From the NCBI GenBank assembly GCA_019058315.1, contig JAHPZH010000001.1, positions 599,536 to 663,535 of the forward strand: a stretch of 64,000 bases of DNA, in the 5' to 3' direction. Below are positions 46,036 to 57,248 of this stretch, one piece after another. Below the pieces are notes generated by a model. It was not told the origin of the DNA, ran no database searches, and worked only from the letters and a program-made list of their open reading frames with translations. This stretch comes from Candidatus Helarchaeota archaeon. GTDB lineage: Archaea; Asgardarchaeota; Lokiarchaeia; Helarchaeales; RDOG01. How positions within the stretch are numbered: the stretch's first letter is position 1; the number at the start of each line of letters is the position of its first letter. The position numbers and the translations under genes were made by a program.

Positions 46036-47184
46036 ATGACAAAATACAGACTAGTTGCTTTATCTGATTTACATCTAGGTCATGAATCATGCCTTTTAAG
46101 AAATGAAGGATCTATAGAAGGTTTAAATGAAGCAATTATTGCTATGCAAACTAAAGATATTAATGGGCCTGAAATACAAGAAATTGAAACTTTAGTCTTA
46201 ATAGGTGATATAATCGATGCCGCATTATGTAGAGCTAATGATATGTATGAAGCTGCAGGATCTTTTTTCAGAGAATTAACAAATAGAATAAAGATAGGAA
46301 AAATTGTAATAATTCCAGGAAACCATGATAGAATTTTATTAAAAGATGCCACTGATACACTTCAGAATTCGGGAACACTAACTCAATATTTTGATGGCGT
46401 ATTTCCTGTCGAGGGTCTCGATATTGATTTGGAACCTGAATTATTTAATATTTCGATAAATTACTACCAAAATTTATCACTACTTCAGCTTTATGGCTTA
46501 AAAAATTATCAAAATCAACTCAATGTTGGAAAAAAAACCAAAATTTATTTTGCTAACCCTATTTTTTATGAAAAAATTGGAAATAAATCGTTTATATTTA
46601 ATCATGGACTCCATATGTATATGGATTATTTTCAATTAATTTCAAAAGCACAAACTCTCAAAGAGATTGAAAATAATTCTATAAACATTGTTACAACTAT
46701 TTGGAATAACAGAGGAGATCACGATCTTACAATACAAAAGAGTTTTTGGACAGGAGTCCAATTTTTCCATTCACAATTACTAAAATTTAGAAATATAACA
46801 GATTTTTGGTATAAGCCATGGACATTATTAAAAAAAGAAAAATCACGATGGAATAGAAAATTTAATCCCTTTAGAAATTTAATTGATAATCCAAAAATTG
46901 AATTTTTTCGAAAATTATGGTCAATATTCAAAAAAATCCCTGATAAAAATATTTCAAAAAATAATATGGTATTTGTCTATGGTCATTTACATACTTCTGA
47001 ATTCAAAGAATTTTATGTAGACAATACAATTGGGAATGTGGTTAGCTTTAATACAGGAGCATGGAATACTTGGCATAAAAAACTTAGACCCGATTCATGT
47101 ATCCTCACTATTGATAATAAGGAATCTAAACTCTGGAGATATCAATACCCCAAAGATCTAGTAAAAAGTTTAGCTCCATTTTAA
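46036..47184 (+). CDS. Metallophosphoesterase
   Basis: SDLHLG, GDIID, GNHD, HG, GHLH, NTGAW. Confidence 0.82.
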   Translation: MTKYRLVALSDLHLGHESCLLRNEGSIEGLNEAIIAMQTKDINGPEIQEIETLVLIGDIIDAALCRANDMYEAAGSFFRELTNRIKIGKIVIIPGNHDRILLKDATDTLQNSGTLTQYFDGVFPVEGLDIDLEPELFNISINYYQNLSLLQLYGLKNYQNQLNVGKKTKIYFANPIFYEKIGNKSFIFNHGLHMYMDYFQLISKAQTLKEIENNSINIVTTIWNNRGDHDLTIQKSFWTGVQFFHSQLLKFRNITDFWYKPWTLLKKEKSRWNRKFNPFRNLIDNPKIEFFRKLWSIFKKIPDKNISKNNMVFVYGHLHTSEFKEFYVDNTIGNVVSFNTGAWNTWHKKLRPDSCILTIDNKESKLWRYQYPKDLVKSLAPF

Positions 47185-47397
47185 AGTCATTTTAATTAAG
47201 GAAAAATTCTAAAAAGTAAATTGTTAATAAAATTTTTTCAGCTAAAGTTTGCAACTTTGCTATTTTTTATCCGCAAAATATAGTTTTATATAATGCGAAA
47301 TTCATAATATAAATTGGATTTTTCTTGAATATCACATTTTTTACAATTAAACTTGAGAATTCTTAATGGTTCAAATTTCATTATTTACTGATTTTGG

Positions 47398-48369
47398 TTG
47401 AGAATTATGATAGAAAAACTAGATCGAGACGGATTTGTACTAGATTTTCAAAAAATTAATGCTCAACCAATTGAATTTTATGATGATACTATTGGTGAAT
47501 TAGTTTCACAAGACATATATCAAGTAGCACGTAAAGATGACCAATATAAAATAAATATAATTAAAAAATCAAGAAATAAAGGTAATGAAATATTTAGACT
47601 GACTGTAAACCAAAAGGAGTTAGATGAAATCCTATGGGGTTTACCTAAAGAACTATTTTATGGTTTAAGTGAAACAAGAGATGAATTCAAAAAAGAAATG
47701 GAATCTTGGAATTCTGAAAATTTAGGCTCTAAATTCTTTATTACAGATAATGATGCTTTACCACTATATAGTAGAGGTGTTCTAGTTCAACACGATGAAA
47801 TAATAAATTCATATGTAGTAGGAAAATTATTACCTATTTATGAAGAATTCGGGGAAGAATTTGTAGGAGAAAAGCCATTTACAATATTATTTGCGAGACC
47901 TGAATCATTTGCTTATATTTTTGATAATGAAATTAATATATCAGTCTCTTTTACTGAAATAAACTCAATTTTGCATTTAAATAAACTATACTTGGCTGCA
48001 GCCAAAGTATTTTATGGTAAAAAAAGCCATGAATTTCGATTAAATTATGCAATTTCTGATTTTATTAAAGCAAGCTTTGATTTAAATATTTCAAACTTAT
48101 CATGTGTCATATTTAACCAAGATCTAGAGCTTGAATTTTCAAATATGGATGATTTTGAAATTGATTGCCTGGAGAAATTAATAAAATCATTTCCAAGGAT
48201 AAAAGATGAGTTAAAAATTGAAATTCAAGATTCAATTATAGGTGGGAATAATAATTCTTATGGAATGGGTATTACTAATAAAGGTATAATTGTTATTAAA
48301 AATGAACTCCAAAGTTTCTCAATTATTAAGCAAAAATTTATAGAAAATGCACTCCCAATTAGACCATAG
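47398..48369 (+). CDS. Hypothetical protein
   Basis: 323-aa ORF with no recognised motif. Confidence 0.6.
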   Translation: MRIMIEKLDRDGFVLDFQKINAQPIEFYDDTIGELVSQDIYQVARKDDQYKINIIKKSRNKGNEIFRLTVNQKELDEILWGLPKELFYGLSETRDEFKKEMESWNSENLGSKFFITDNDALPLYSRGVLVQHDEIINSYVVGKLLPIYEEFGEEFVGEKPFTILFARPESFAYIFDNEINISVSFTEINSILHLNKLYLAAAKVFYGKKSHEFRLNYAISDFIKASFDLNISNLSCVIFNQDLELEFSNMDDFEIDCLEKLIKSFPRIKDELKIEIQDSIIGGNNNSYGMGITNKGIIVIKNELQSFSIIKQKFIENALPIRP

Positions 48370-48463
48370 AATCATATTATAAGATACCCAAGCTGATTTG
48401 TTTTTTAAGTAGCTAAAAAATATTTACGAATATTTTTGTATTTTATCAACTTAACTGATAATA

Positions 48464-49717
48464 ATGCAAATAATTCATTGTCCATATGGTTATTTTCCTT
48501 CCATTTCAGGAGCTGAGCTTTATATACAAAGAATTTCAGAAATTTTGTTAAAGAGAAAACATAAAATTAAGGTTTTTTGTTCTAATGCAATTGATTTTCA
48601 AGCCTTTAGATCGCCTAAAGGAAAAATAATATCAGAACTAGAGAGAAAAGTTAATAATGTCGAAATAAAAAGGTTTAAAATCGAATATTCTAAATTTATT
48701 AACTTCATTAAATTAATTCTAAATACTTCTCTAAAAGAAATATTAAATAAAATAAGTTTTTTGAAATTTAACCTAATAGATCTGCTTAAATTTGTAAAAA
48801 ACGGTCCCTCTATTCCCGATTTTTTCAGATCACTATTAAAACAAGATGCAGATATTTTCCATACAACTGCTATTCCTTATTTAAATATAATATTAACATT
48901 AATTGCTGGCAAATTAAAAAAAATACCAATTATTTGCACTCCTTTCTATCATTTTGAAAATGAAAGATATCAAGATCCTTCTTTTTCTCGTATTTTAGGT
49001 GAATTTAACAAAATTTTAGTCTGCTCAAAGGCCGAAAAAAACTATTTAATTGAAAATGGAATAAAACCAGAAAAAATTAAACAAATACATATGGCGGTTG
49101 ACTTGCATAAATATGAAAAAGCAAAAAAAAATTGGTTTTTTGATAAATACCCTATACAAGGACCAAAGATTTTATTTTGTGGTTATAAGAATATTGAGAA
49201 AGGAGCAATTAGCATTTTAGATTGTATTAAATATGTAGTATCTGAAGTACCAGACACTAAATTCATTTTTATTGGACCTAGCACTAAGGTATTTAATATA
49301 AAAAAAAGAAAATTAGGTGATTTAAGAGAAAATATCGTTAATATTGGAGTTCTGCCTTACGATGCAACCCTCAAACGTGGAGCATTTGCTGCGTGTGATA
49401 TGTATCTTATGCCTTCTAGAAGTGAAGCATTTGGTATAGCTTACTTAGAGGCGTGGGCTTGTAAAAAACCAGTTATAGGTGCAGATATAAGGGCATCAAT
49501 AATTGAAGATGGTCAAGATGGTTTTGTAGTTCCATTTAATTCATCTCCTAAATTATTAGCTGAAAGAATTATCAAGTTAATAAAAGATGAAAAACTAAGA
49601 ACTGAATTAGGTTTGAACGGTTATAATAAAATTAAAAAGAATAATTGGACTTGGGAGCATTTGGCAATAAAAATTGAAAATATATATAAAGAGGTGATAA
49701 ATTCTAGTGAAAACTAA
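48464..49717 (+). CDS. GT4-family glycosyltransferase
   Basis: SGAE, KG, PSRSEAFGIAYLEAWA..KPVI. Confidence 0.9.
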   Translation: MQIIHCPYGYFPSISGAELYIQRISEILLKRKHKIKVFCSNAIDFQAFRSPKGKIISELERKVNNVEIKRFKIEYSKFINFIKLILNTSLKEILNKISFLKFNLIDLLKFVKNGPSIPDFFRSLLKQDADIFHTTAIPYLNIILTLIAGKLKKIPIICTPFYHFENERYQDPSFSRILGEFNKILVCSKAEKNYLIENGIKPEKIKQIHMAVDLHKYEKAKKNWFFDKYPIQGPKILFCGYKNIEKGAISILDCIKYVVSEVPDTKFIFIGPSTKVFNIKKRKLGDLRENIVNIGVLPYDATLKRGAFAACDMYLMPSRSEAFGIAYLEAWACKKPVIGADIRASIIEDGQDGFVVPFNSSPKLLAERIIKLIKDEKLRTELGLNGYNKIKKNNWTWEHLAIKIENIYKEVINSSEN

Positions 49718-50930
49718 AATTTCAGGGAATCCTATCGCTACAATTAGACAAAATGAGGCATATATTGATGGATTTTCTACAAAAAAAATGATAAAAGAAT
49801 TTGGTACTCCATTATTTGTATATTCAGAAAATAAGATTCGTTCTAATTGTTCAAATTTCTTACAAATACTCAAAAAATTTTTCCCAAAACTATTAGTTTT
49901 ATATTCTTTCAAGGCAAATTATCTCCCTCAAATTTGCGAAATAATAAAATCTGAAAAAATAGGTGCGGAAACTGTCACCTCTTTTGAATTAGAATTAGCG
50001 ATTCAGCTTAAATTTGATCCAAAAAAAATTCATTTAGGTGGTGTATATCTACCTGAAGATACATTAAAACTGGCATTACAAAATAGGATAGGATTAATAT
50101 CTGTCTGCTCATTAACACAACTTAATACCTTAATTAAATTAGCAAAAGATATCGATAATACTCAAAATATTGGAATTAGAATCGTTTCACCTAAATTTGA
50201 TCGTAGAATAGGTATAGTTTCAAGTAAAGATAATTTTATGAAAATTAATGATACTTTATCAAAATCTCCCAATCTTAAATTAACAACTCTTCATTCACAC
50301 TATGGTACACAAATGATGAAACCCTCAATTTTCAAAGATAATGCTAGATATGCTCTAAATACTGTATCCTTAATGGAGGAAGCTGGGTTAAGCATAAGGC
50401 AACTCAATCTCGGAGGGGGTTTTCCAGAAGCTACAATTATGAATAATAATAATCTTGAAAAAATCGGAAAGGATATTTCTGAATTGATAAAGGTATGTGG
50501 TTACCCTCATCTAGAGATTATCTTCGAACCTGGTCGTTATATTATCGGAGATGCTGGAATATTATTAACCAGTGTAATTGACGTAAATTTTGAAAATCAA
50601 CGATGGATATACGTAGATGCAGGAACAAATATCTGTCCAATTTGGGCAAATAATAATCTCAGATTTTTTTGTGCAAATAAGATCAATTCACCTCATAATA
50701 TTCCTGTTAATATAGCAGGACCTCTTCCTACGTACATGGATGTTCTTGCAAAGAAAGCTCCATTCATAAAAAATATTGAAATTAATGATACACTCATGAT
50801 TTTAAACACTGGGGCATATAACCTATCTTGGGGTACTCTCTTCCCATTTCCACAACCTCCATGTATTCTAATTAAAAATAATCAACTGGTTGAAATAAGA
50901 TCTCGAAAAAATCCATCCTTCATACTTTAG
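49707..50930 (+). CDS. Fold-III PLP decarboxylase, diaminopimelate decarboxylase-like
   Basis: YSFKAN, HYGTQ, NLGGG, EPGR, GAY; the usual GPxCE motif reads GPLPTYMD. Confidence 0.75.
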   Translation: MKTKISGNPIATIRQNEAYIDGFSTKKMIKEFGTPLFVYSENKIRSNCSNFLQILKKFFPKLLVLYSFKANYLPQICEIIKSEKIGAETVTSFELELAIQLKFDPKKIHLGGVYLPEDTLKLALQNRIGLISVCSLTQLNTLIKLAKDIDNTQNIGIRIVSPKFDRRIGIVSSKDNFMKINDTLSKSPNLKLTTLHSHYGTQMMKPSIFKDNARYALNTVSLMEEAGLSIRQLNLGGGFPEATIMNNNNLEKIGKDISELIKVCGYPHLEIIFEPGRYIIGDAGILLTSVIDVNFENQRWIYVDAGTNICPIWANNNLRFFCANKINSPHNIPVNIAGPLPTYMDVLAKKAPFIKNIEINDTLMILNTGAYNLSWGTLFPFPQPPCILIKNNQLVEIRSRKNPSFIL

Positions 50931-51026
50931 ATTCAAAAATAAAATAAGATTATTAAGATGAAATAAATATAAAATCATTAATTGTAATGTTTTGTTTTAT
51001 TTAGATATTATAACGCGGTTGATGAT

Positions 51027-51452
51027 ATGAGTGAAGAACGTTTCAAAAAATTTATTGGTTATAAATTGAAAGATGGAAAATGGACATTACCTTCAGAAAG
51101 AATGAAGCAATACCAAACAGCTGTAGGGGATACACGCCCTGAATATATGTCAAAAAATCCTATTTCCAGTCCCGCTTTTACTTGTGTCCTTGTTCTTGAA
51201 GCTAGAAAACAACATGTAAAAGACGTCCCCGGATTGAATATTGATTATACTAAAGTTCTTCATGCTACACAAGCTTATGAATTCTTTAAGCCATTGAAAG
51301 CTGGTGCAGAAATAGTAACCAAGAATTATATTTCTGATATATACATCAAACGTGAAAAACTTTGGATCGAAACTACCATAGATTGTTATGATGGCGATGA
51401 TTTATGTGTCAAAGTAATAAATAAAATAGTCGTGCGTAAGGGTGGCTTTTAA
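51027..51452 (+). CDS. MaoC-like hotdog-fold dehydratase subunit
   Basis: AVGD..P.Y, VLHATQ.YEFFKPL.AG. Confidence 0.75.
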   Translation: MSEERFKKFIGYKLKDGKWTLPSERMKQYQTAVGDTRPEYMSKNPISSPAFTCVLVLEARKQHVKDVPGLNIDYTKVLHATQAYEFFKPLKAGAEIVTKNYISDIYIKREKLWIETTIDCYDGDDLCVKVINKIVVRKGGF

Positions 51453-51477
51453 AAGTAAAAAATAAAGTAAAAAATAA

Positions 51478-52890
51478 TTATGCCACTAATTGTAAAACTC
51501 GATCATATGCCTCTAACGCTTGATCTATAATTTCATTTGTATGAGCCATTGTTGTATAACCTCTACTGCCAGCAAGTGTAAAAACACCCTCTGTTAGTAG
51601 GGCAGCTTGAAATTCGTCCATTACTTTTTTACGAACATTGATTTGGTTAAAGATATCAGGATCTGAAAGTTTTAAAGCTAAAGGAGCACCTGTTTCTATA
51701 TGAAGCACTGATTTAAAATTAAATGCAACAAAGGGCAAATTATATTTTTCAAAAAGTTCTTCCAATCCTTTAGTAAGCCTGTCGCCTGCCGCAGCTGCTT
51801 TTTCTATGGCATTAGTTTCTGCGATTGCTTTAATTGTATGATAACATGCTGCACAAGTTATTGGGTTTGCAGTTACTGTACCACCAGTATATGTCCTTTT
51901 TTTACCTTTTTCTACACCCTCAATTCCTGCAGCGAAATGGATCATAACATCTTCTCTACCACCAACTCCTCCACACATTGGGAATCCATGCGTTATAATT
52001 TTTCCAAAAGCCGTTAGGTCTGGTTTTACATTATAATATTCCTGAGCTCCGCCCATTGCCATTCTGAACCCCGATACTACCTCATCAAAGATTAATAATG
52101 CTCCATTTTCATCACAAACTTCTCGTAAAATTTGATTCCATCCCGGCTTTATCGGATGAGTTCCAGATTCTCCACCAAGGGGTTCTACAATAATAGCAGC
52201 AACATCATTTTCATATTTTTTGAAAACTCGCCGAAGCTTTTTTTCATTATTAGGTGGTATTGAAAGAGTGTGTTTAAGTACTGAACTTGGGATGCCATGT
52301 GATTCAATTGCTTTGATTCCTGGGATATGCATGTCATATACCAATTGATCTCCCCAACCGTGATAAGACCCTCCAATTTTAATTATCTTATTTTTCCCGG
52401 TAAATACTCTTGCAACTCGAAGTGCTGCCATATTTGATTCGGTTCCAGAAGCAAAGAACCTAAATAACTCAACAGATGGAACATATTTCTTAATTTGTTC
52501 AATCGCTTTTATTTCGTATTCTGAAGTAACGCCGTGTGCAGCTTGGTTATTTTGCACGACTTCTGCCACAGCATCACGAATGGGAGCATAATTATGCCCT
52601 AAAATTATTGGACCGCCACAACTTAAAAAATCTATATATTGGTTGCCATCTACATCCCACATATAGGGACCTAATGCCTTATCTATTACTACGGGATATG
52701 GATGTTTAATGCTTAAATTATGTTCTAAACCGCCAGGAATTAAAGTCTTTGCTTTTACAAATAATTCCTTAGATCGAGGAGTTAAATCTTCAAATGCTCC
52801 AATTACTTTCTTCATTTTTTCAGGTGCAATTCTAAGAACGGGCTGCGTAACAAGCTCTCTTAATCTTCTAACAATCTCTTCATATTCCAT
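51478..52890 (-). CDS. Class III aminotransferase (GSA-aminomutase-like)
   Basis: DVDGN.YID, SGTE, YHG, FDEV.SGFR, FGK, GGT. Confidence 0.85.
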   Translation of the reverse strand: MEYEEIVRRLRELVTQPVLRIAPEKMKKVIGAFEDLTPRSKELFVKAKTLIPGGLEHNLSIKHPYPVVIDKALGPYMWDVDGNQYIDFLSCGGPIILGHNYAPIRDAVAEVVQNNQAAHGVTSEYEIKAIEQIKKYVPSVELFRFFASGTESNMAALRVARVFTGKNKIIKIGGSYHGWGDQLVYDMHIPGIKAIESHGIPSSVLKHTLSIPPNNEKKLRRVFKKYENDVAAIIVEPLGGESGTHPIKPGWNQILREVCDENGALLIFDEVVSGFRMAMGGAQEYYNVKPDLTAFGKIITHGFPMCGGVGGREDVMIHFAAGIEGVEKGKKRTYTGGTVTANPITCAACYHTIKAIAETNAIEKAAAAGDRLTKGLEELFEKYNLPFVAFNFKSVLHIETGAPLALKLSDPDIFNQINVRKKVMDEFQAALLTEGVFTLAGSRGYTTMAHTNEIIDQALEAYDRVLQLVA

Positions 52891-53087
52891 TTTTTAACAT
52901 CATCCAATAATAAAAATAATTCTCAATGATTATAACAATTAATATTTGGTTAAAAACTATATTATCATTTTTTTTATGAAATTTTAGATATCAAAAAAAA
53001 TCTAATAAATTCAGAATCCGTAAATAGAATTATGCTGATTTTGGATTTGATATAATTAAAAAAAAAGGATTTTTAGAAATAATAACT

Positions 53088-54404
53088 TTATATTGCAGTT
53101 TTTTTGGCACCCCAAAGACCCATTGCAACGCCCAATTCTCTATGATCTTTTGCATATTTTGCTAAAGGTATATTTTCCATGGTAGCATCTATTGCTTGGC
53201 GAAATGCCATCGCACCTGATCGAGGACCATCTGGATGTGCGTGGATTCCTCCGCCAGAACCAATAACAATATCATTACCTAAAGTCTTCATACATTTATC
53301 AACCATCCCTGCAGTAATTCCTCCTGAAGGCATCGGAAACATTGGCTTAATGTTTGCCATAGGAAACCGACAGTTTCGGGCAACTCTTGTGAATTTTTCA
53401 GATATTACAGAGGCTTTACCATAAGGGGCAGGATGTACAACTATATCTGCACCGCACAACCGTGCAAATTTAGCTAATATTAAATGTGAACTTACTCCAT
53501 GCCAAGGACTCATATACATAGCTCCCGCATAATCCATATGTGCTAGAATCGGAACTTTCACACTTGGATCGCTAGAGAGTTTCCTTAAAACAGGTAATCC
53601 CATAACTAGGTAATTAACCATCAATGCATTAGCTCCTAATTCTTGAGCTTTATCCGCATTTTCGAAGAAGTTTTCTAAATTATCTGTTATGTTTACTGTA
53701 AATAGAGTATCTTCTCCTGATTCTTCCTTGGCTTTGTCCACCTCTTCCATATAGGCAGGTACTCTTTGTTCAAGTGTATTAAAATTTTGATTTGCAAGCA
53801 ACTCATCATCTTTGATTACGTCACAACCTCCCACAGCAGCATCAAAAAATAATTCTCTAAATGAATCATTCCAAGTATAGACACAGGGTTTTATCATGTT
53901 ATTTAGCAAGGGGCGTTTAGGAATATTCAATCGTTTTCTAACACCTTCAATACCAAATTTCGGACCTTTGAAATCCTTCAGATAAGATTTCGGGAACCTA
54001 AGATCTACCATTTTCAAATCTCCACCCATACTTATATTACCAAAGGTGGCAGTTAACATCATAGCTATTTGATTCGCCATATTTATTACTGGAAATGCTA
54101 TTGAAATTGCATACGTACGTTTTGGTTCTTCTTTTTTACCAGGTCGTTCAAATTCATAATCCGGTAGTTGAGTAGCCCAAAGTACTCGCGCAACATGTTT
54201 TTTTCTAACTTCTGGTGTTTCTGCTGGGACAGGAGTCCATGTACCAGTACTCTGTTCAATTGCTAATGCAGGACCTATAAGATCCACATTGATATTTGCA
54301 TCCACCATTCCTATATATGTCCCAATTATATAATCTTCAAAATCAATACCATCTGGAAGTGCCCAAGGCTCAGCCATAAGATCTGGTGGTTCATATTCAC
54401 TCAT
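53088..54404 (-). CDS. RuBisCO-like protein (form IV)
   Basis: EQSTGTW, GPKFGI.G.R, IKP, KDDE, SGG, GGGI.AHP.G; HM in place of the HR of bona fide RuBisCO. Confidence 0.88.
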   Translation of the reverse strand: MSEYEPPDLMAEPWALPDGIDFEDYIIGTYIGMVDANINVDLIGPALAIEQSTGTWTPVPAETPEVRKKHVARVLWATQLPDYEFERPGKKEEPKRTYAISIAFPVINMANQIAMMLTATFGNISMGGDLKMVDLRFPKSYLKDFKGPKFGIEGVRKRLNIPKRPLLNNMIKPCVYTWNDSFRELFFDAAVGGCDVIKDDELLANQNFNTLEQRVPAYMEEVDKAKEESGEDTLFTVNITDNLENFFENADKAQELGANALMVNYLVMGLPVLRKLSSDPSVKVPILAHMDYAGAMYMSPWHGVSSHLILAKFARLCGADIVVHPAPYGKASVISEKFTRVARNCRFPMANIKPMFPMPSGGITAGMVDKCMKTLGNDIVIGSGGGIHAHPDGPRSGAMAFRQAIDATMENIPLAKYAKDHRELGVAMGLWGAKKTAI

Positions 54405-54732
54405 TTCATTTCAAAACTCCTAAATTAATTTATATTATTTATTTAATAATTAGATTAAAATTATTTAACAATTTTTAATTTAAAAAAAATTTCAATTTGA
54501 AATGCATTTTTAAATTAAAATTTTATCTTAATTACTTTATTTAATATGACTAAAAGGGAAATAATACTAAATTAGATAAGAATTTAAAATCTTAATAAAT
54601 TTTGAATAGAAATATTAAATTTAATAACAAAAGGATTGCAAAACAAATATAAATAAAAAAAAATGAAGGTTCCTCATTAAATTTTAAATATGTCAAAAAA
54701 GTGATATTATTGTACTATATTAGGGATGATTC

Positions 54733-55584
54733 ATGAATTCAGATTCTGAGGAAAAACGAGACCGGATTGGCTGGTTTCAACTCCAACTTCTTTTACAGTT
54801 AGCTTTTAGACCTAAATATGGATATGAGATAATTAATGAAATGAAGATTAATGATATTAAGATTTCAACGGGTCAAGTATACCCAGCCTTAAAAAAATTA
54901 GAAAATAGTGAATATCTGAAAAGTTTTTCAAAAAAAGGAAAGGCTGCAAGGCGAAAATACTACGAAATAACTAAGAAAGGGTTAGAAGCAGTTCGAAATA
55001 CAATTAAACCCATGATATTTAACTTACTCCCAGCTGTTTACACACTACTTGCTGATATTAAAAAAAATATTTTCGATATTGCTGAACTTAAAGAAGGCGA
55101 TAAAGTATTAATATTTTCCGACCCAATTAAACAACCACTTCTCGATTTGGCTCGAATCGTAGGCTATGACGGTGAAGTATATATAACAGTAAATACCCCC
55201 GCAAGTTTTCAAACCGTAAATGATTTCGCTTTATTTTATAATCTTGAAAAAGTCATTAAACCTGTAATTTTAAATGATAAATTTAAGATTCAATTAGGAA
55301 GTAACATTGTAGATCATGGAGTTTTTATGCTTTTTCAACGTCAACAAAGGCAAGCAGCCCAAGAAATTCTGAATGAAATAAAAAGATGTACTAAAAAAAA
55401 TTCAGCGGTTTATATTTTATCAACTGAACCTGGTCTTTTTAGTGAAACTTTTTTGAACTTCTTTGATTTCAGTTATGGTTATGAACAAGAAGAAATTATG
55501 GATTTCTGTAAAGTTGCTGGGCTTAAAATTGAAAGCGTAGATGATATTCAAAGAATTTTTATCATAAAATGTAGAAAAGAGTAA
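54733..55584 (+). CDS. PadR-family regulator fused to a degenerate methyltransferase-like domain
   Basis: YGYEI, GQVYPALKKLE, RKYYEIT.KG; LKEGDKVL...LARIVG..GEVY. Confidence 0.8.
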   Translation: MNSDSEEKRDRIGWFQLQLLLQLAFRPKYGYEIINEMKINDIKISTGQVYPALKKLENSEYLKSFSKKGKAARRKYYEITKKGLEAVRNTIKPMIFNLLPAVYTLLADIKKNIFDIAELKEGDKVLIFSDPIKQPLLDLARIVGYDGEVYITVNTPASFQTVNDFALFYNLEKVIKPVILNDKFKIQLGSNIVDHGVFMLFQRQQRQAAQEILNEIKRCTKKNSAVYILSTEPGLFSETFLNFFDFSYGYEQEEIMDFCKVAGLKIESVDDIQRIFIIKCRKE

Positions 55585-55784
55585 AAAAATATTTTAGGCT
55601 ATTGATCAGATTTTTTTTTTTTACCACTTTTATATTTAAATTAACGAAAGTTGGGAATTTATATAGATCAATGTGGTTTTGAAAGTAGTTAAAAGACCAT
55701 TCGAGCTATATAAGCAAAAATTCTTCCTTGATGAAATTCTTAAATAATGTTTAAAGAATTTGTTAAATGATCTTATATAAATAG

Positions 55785-56039
55785 GTGAGAATAATTTCAA
55801 TTGAAATAAAAATACAAATAATAATACTTGGGATTTTTTTGCTCGTTGGTGGGATTCTTATAGCTATCGGATTAATCTATCTTATACCACTTATACCAGA
55901 ATTTTCATTTAGCAAATTATTGTCAAGTTCAAAATATCTATTTTCAATACTCTTTTCTAGCATCTTACTAGCAATTGGAGTTGCTTTTGTTATAATCTGC
56001 ATCCATGTTACAAATATAATTAGGAAACATCGAAAATAA
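55785..56039 (+). CDS. Small two-TM membrane protein
   Basis: Two hydrophobic segments and a basic C-terminus. Confidence 0.5.
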   Translation: MRIISIEIKIQIIILGIFLLVGGILIAIGLIYLIPLIPEFSFSKLLSSSKYLFSILFSSILLAIGVAFVIICIHVTNIIRKHRK

Positions 56040-56116
56040 GATATGCTTTTTATTCAATTTTAATGCTAGAAAAACTATACTATGCCTTTTTTCCATCTGT
56101 TTGATTTTTAATTTGC

Positions 56117-57067
56117 CTAAGTTATATCTCTAATTCCATCACTTGTTATTTCAAATACTATTTCACCCTCTGGTAAATAAGGTGAATCAATTAGACGTGC
56201 ACTTCTTTCATTTCTCCTTATTCGTCTCAAATAAATACGAGTTTGAGCTGCATGAGCTAAAATATTACCTCCTGTAGGCTGCGAAGCATCGCCATATGAG
56301 ATTGAAGGATCTGCTTGAATTTGATTTGTGATAAAAACTGCTAAATCATAAGTACTTGCCAAATTCTGGAGAAGATGAAGATATTTATTTAATTTTCCTT
56401 GACGTTTTATTAAAGATTCTGGTCCTAAATATTCAGCACGAAAATGACCGATAACAGAATCAACTATAATTAAACGTGCATTCATTTTTTTTAAAATTTT
56501 AGGTATCTGTTTCGTTATAAAAATTTGATGCTCTGAATTATATGCTCTTGCTACTAATATGTTTTTTAATATTTCCATTGGATGGAGAGAAAGTGCAGAA
56601 GCCATTTCTACAATACGTTCTGGACGAAAAGATCCCTCACAATCAATAAATATCGCACCTGCATCAAGTCCTCCCTCATCCTCAGGGCGTTGTACATTAA
56701 CAGCTAATTGAAAAGCTAATTGAGTTTTTCCAGAACGAAATGCACCATATACTTCAGTGATTGATTGCGATTCTATGCCTCCCCCTAATAAACTGTCTAA
56801 GTTATATGAACCAGTAGTTATTCTACTAATTTTAGTTCGTTTATCATAAATAGAATCCGCTGCTTCAAATGGAGATCCCAATTTTTTTCTCGCTTTTTTT
56901 ATAATTTCTTGTAAAGTAGTTAAACCAATAGCAGATTCATCAGCAATCTGCTCTGGATTAGAAAATGCAAGGCTCTTTACATCAACATATCCAAGTTCTA
57001 TTAACTTTTTTGCAATATTTTTAGGAATACCCGGCAATCCTTTGATCTTAACATCATTTTCTTCCAA
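56117..57067 (-). CDS. radA: RadA/Rad51-family recombinase (RadA or paralog)
   Basis: N-terminal HhH, LLGGGIE, GAFRSGKTQ, FRPERI, RAYNSEHQ, FRAEY.G, TNQ, GGNILAH. Confidence 0.8.
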   Translation of the reverse strand: MEENDVKIKGLPGIPKNIAKKLIELGYVDVKSLAFSNPEQIADESAIGLTTLQEIIKKARKKLGSPFEAADSIYDKRTKISRITTGSYNLDSLLGGGIESQSITEVYGAFRSGKTQLAFQLAVNVQRPEDEGGLDAGAIFIDCEGSFRPERIVEMASALSLHPMEILKNILVARAYNSEHQIFITKQIPKILKKMNARLIIVDSVIGHFRAEYLGPESLIKRQGKLNKYLHLLQNLASTYDLAVFITNQIQADPSISYGDASQPTGGNILAHAAQTRIYLRRIRRNERSARLIDSPYLPEGEIVFEITSDGIRDIT

Positions 57068-57248
57068 TTTCGAATCTTCTTCCCTTACTTTTATTCTATT
57101 AATTGTATGATACCACCTAATATTTCTACTTTCTTGTATAATTTTTATTTTATCAATTTTTAGTCCTTAATAAAATTAATAAATTAATAAAAGATTTAAA
57201 TCCCATAAATTAAATTTAGTTTTCAAAACGTTATTTAGGCGAAATTTT

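Noticed and set aside
53088-54404. Bona fide form III RuBisCO
   Set aside because: HM instead of HR and other divergent substrate-binding motifs indicate form IV.
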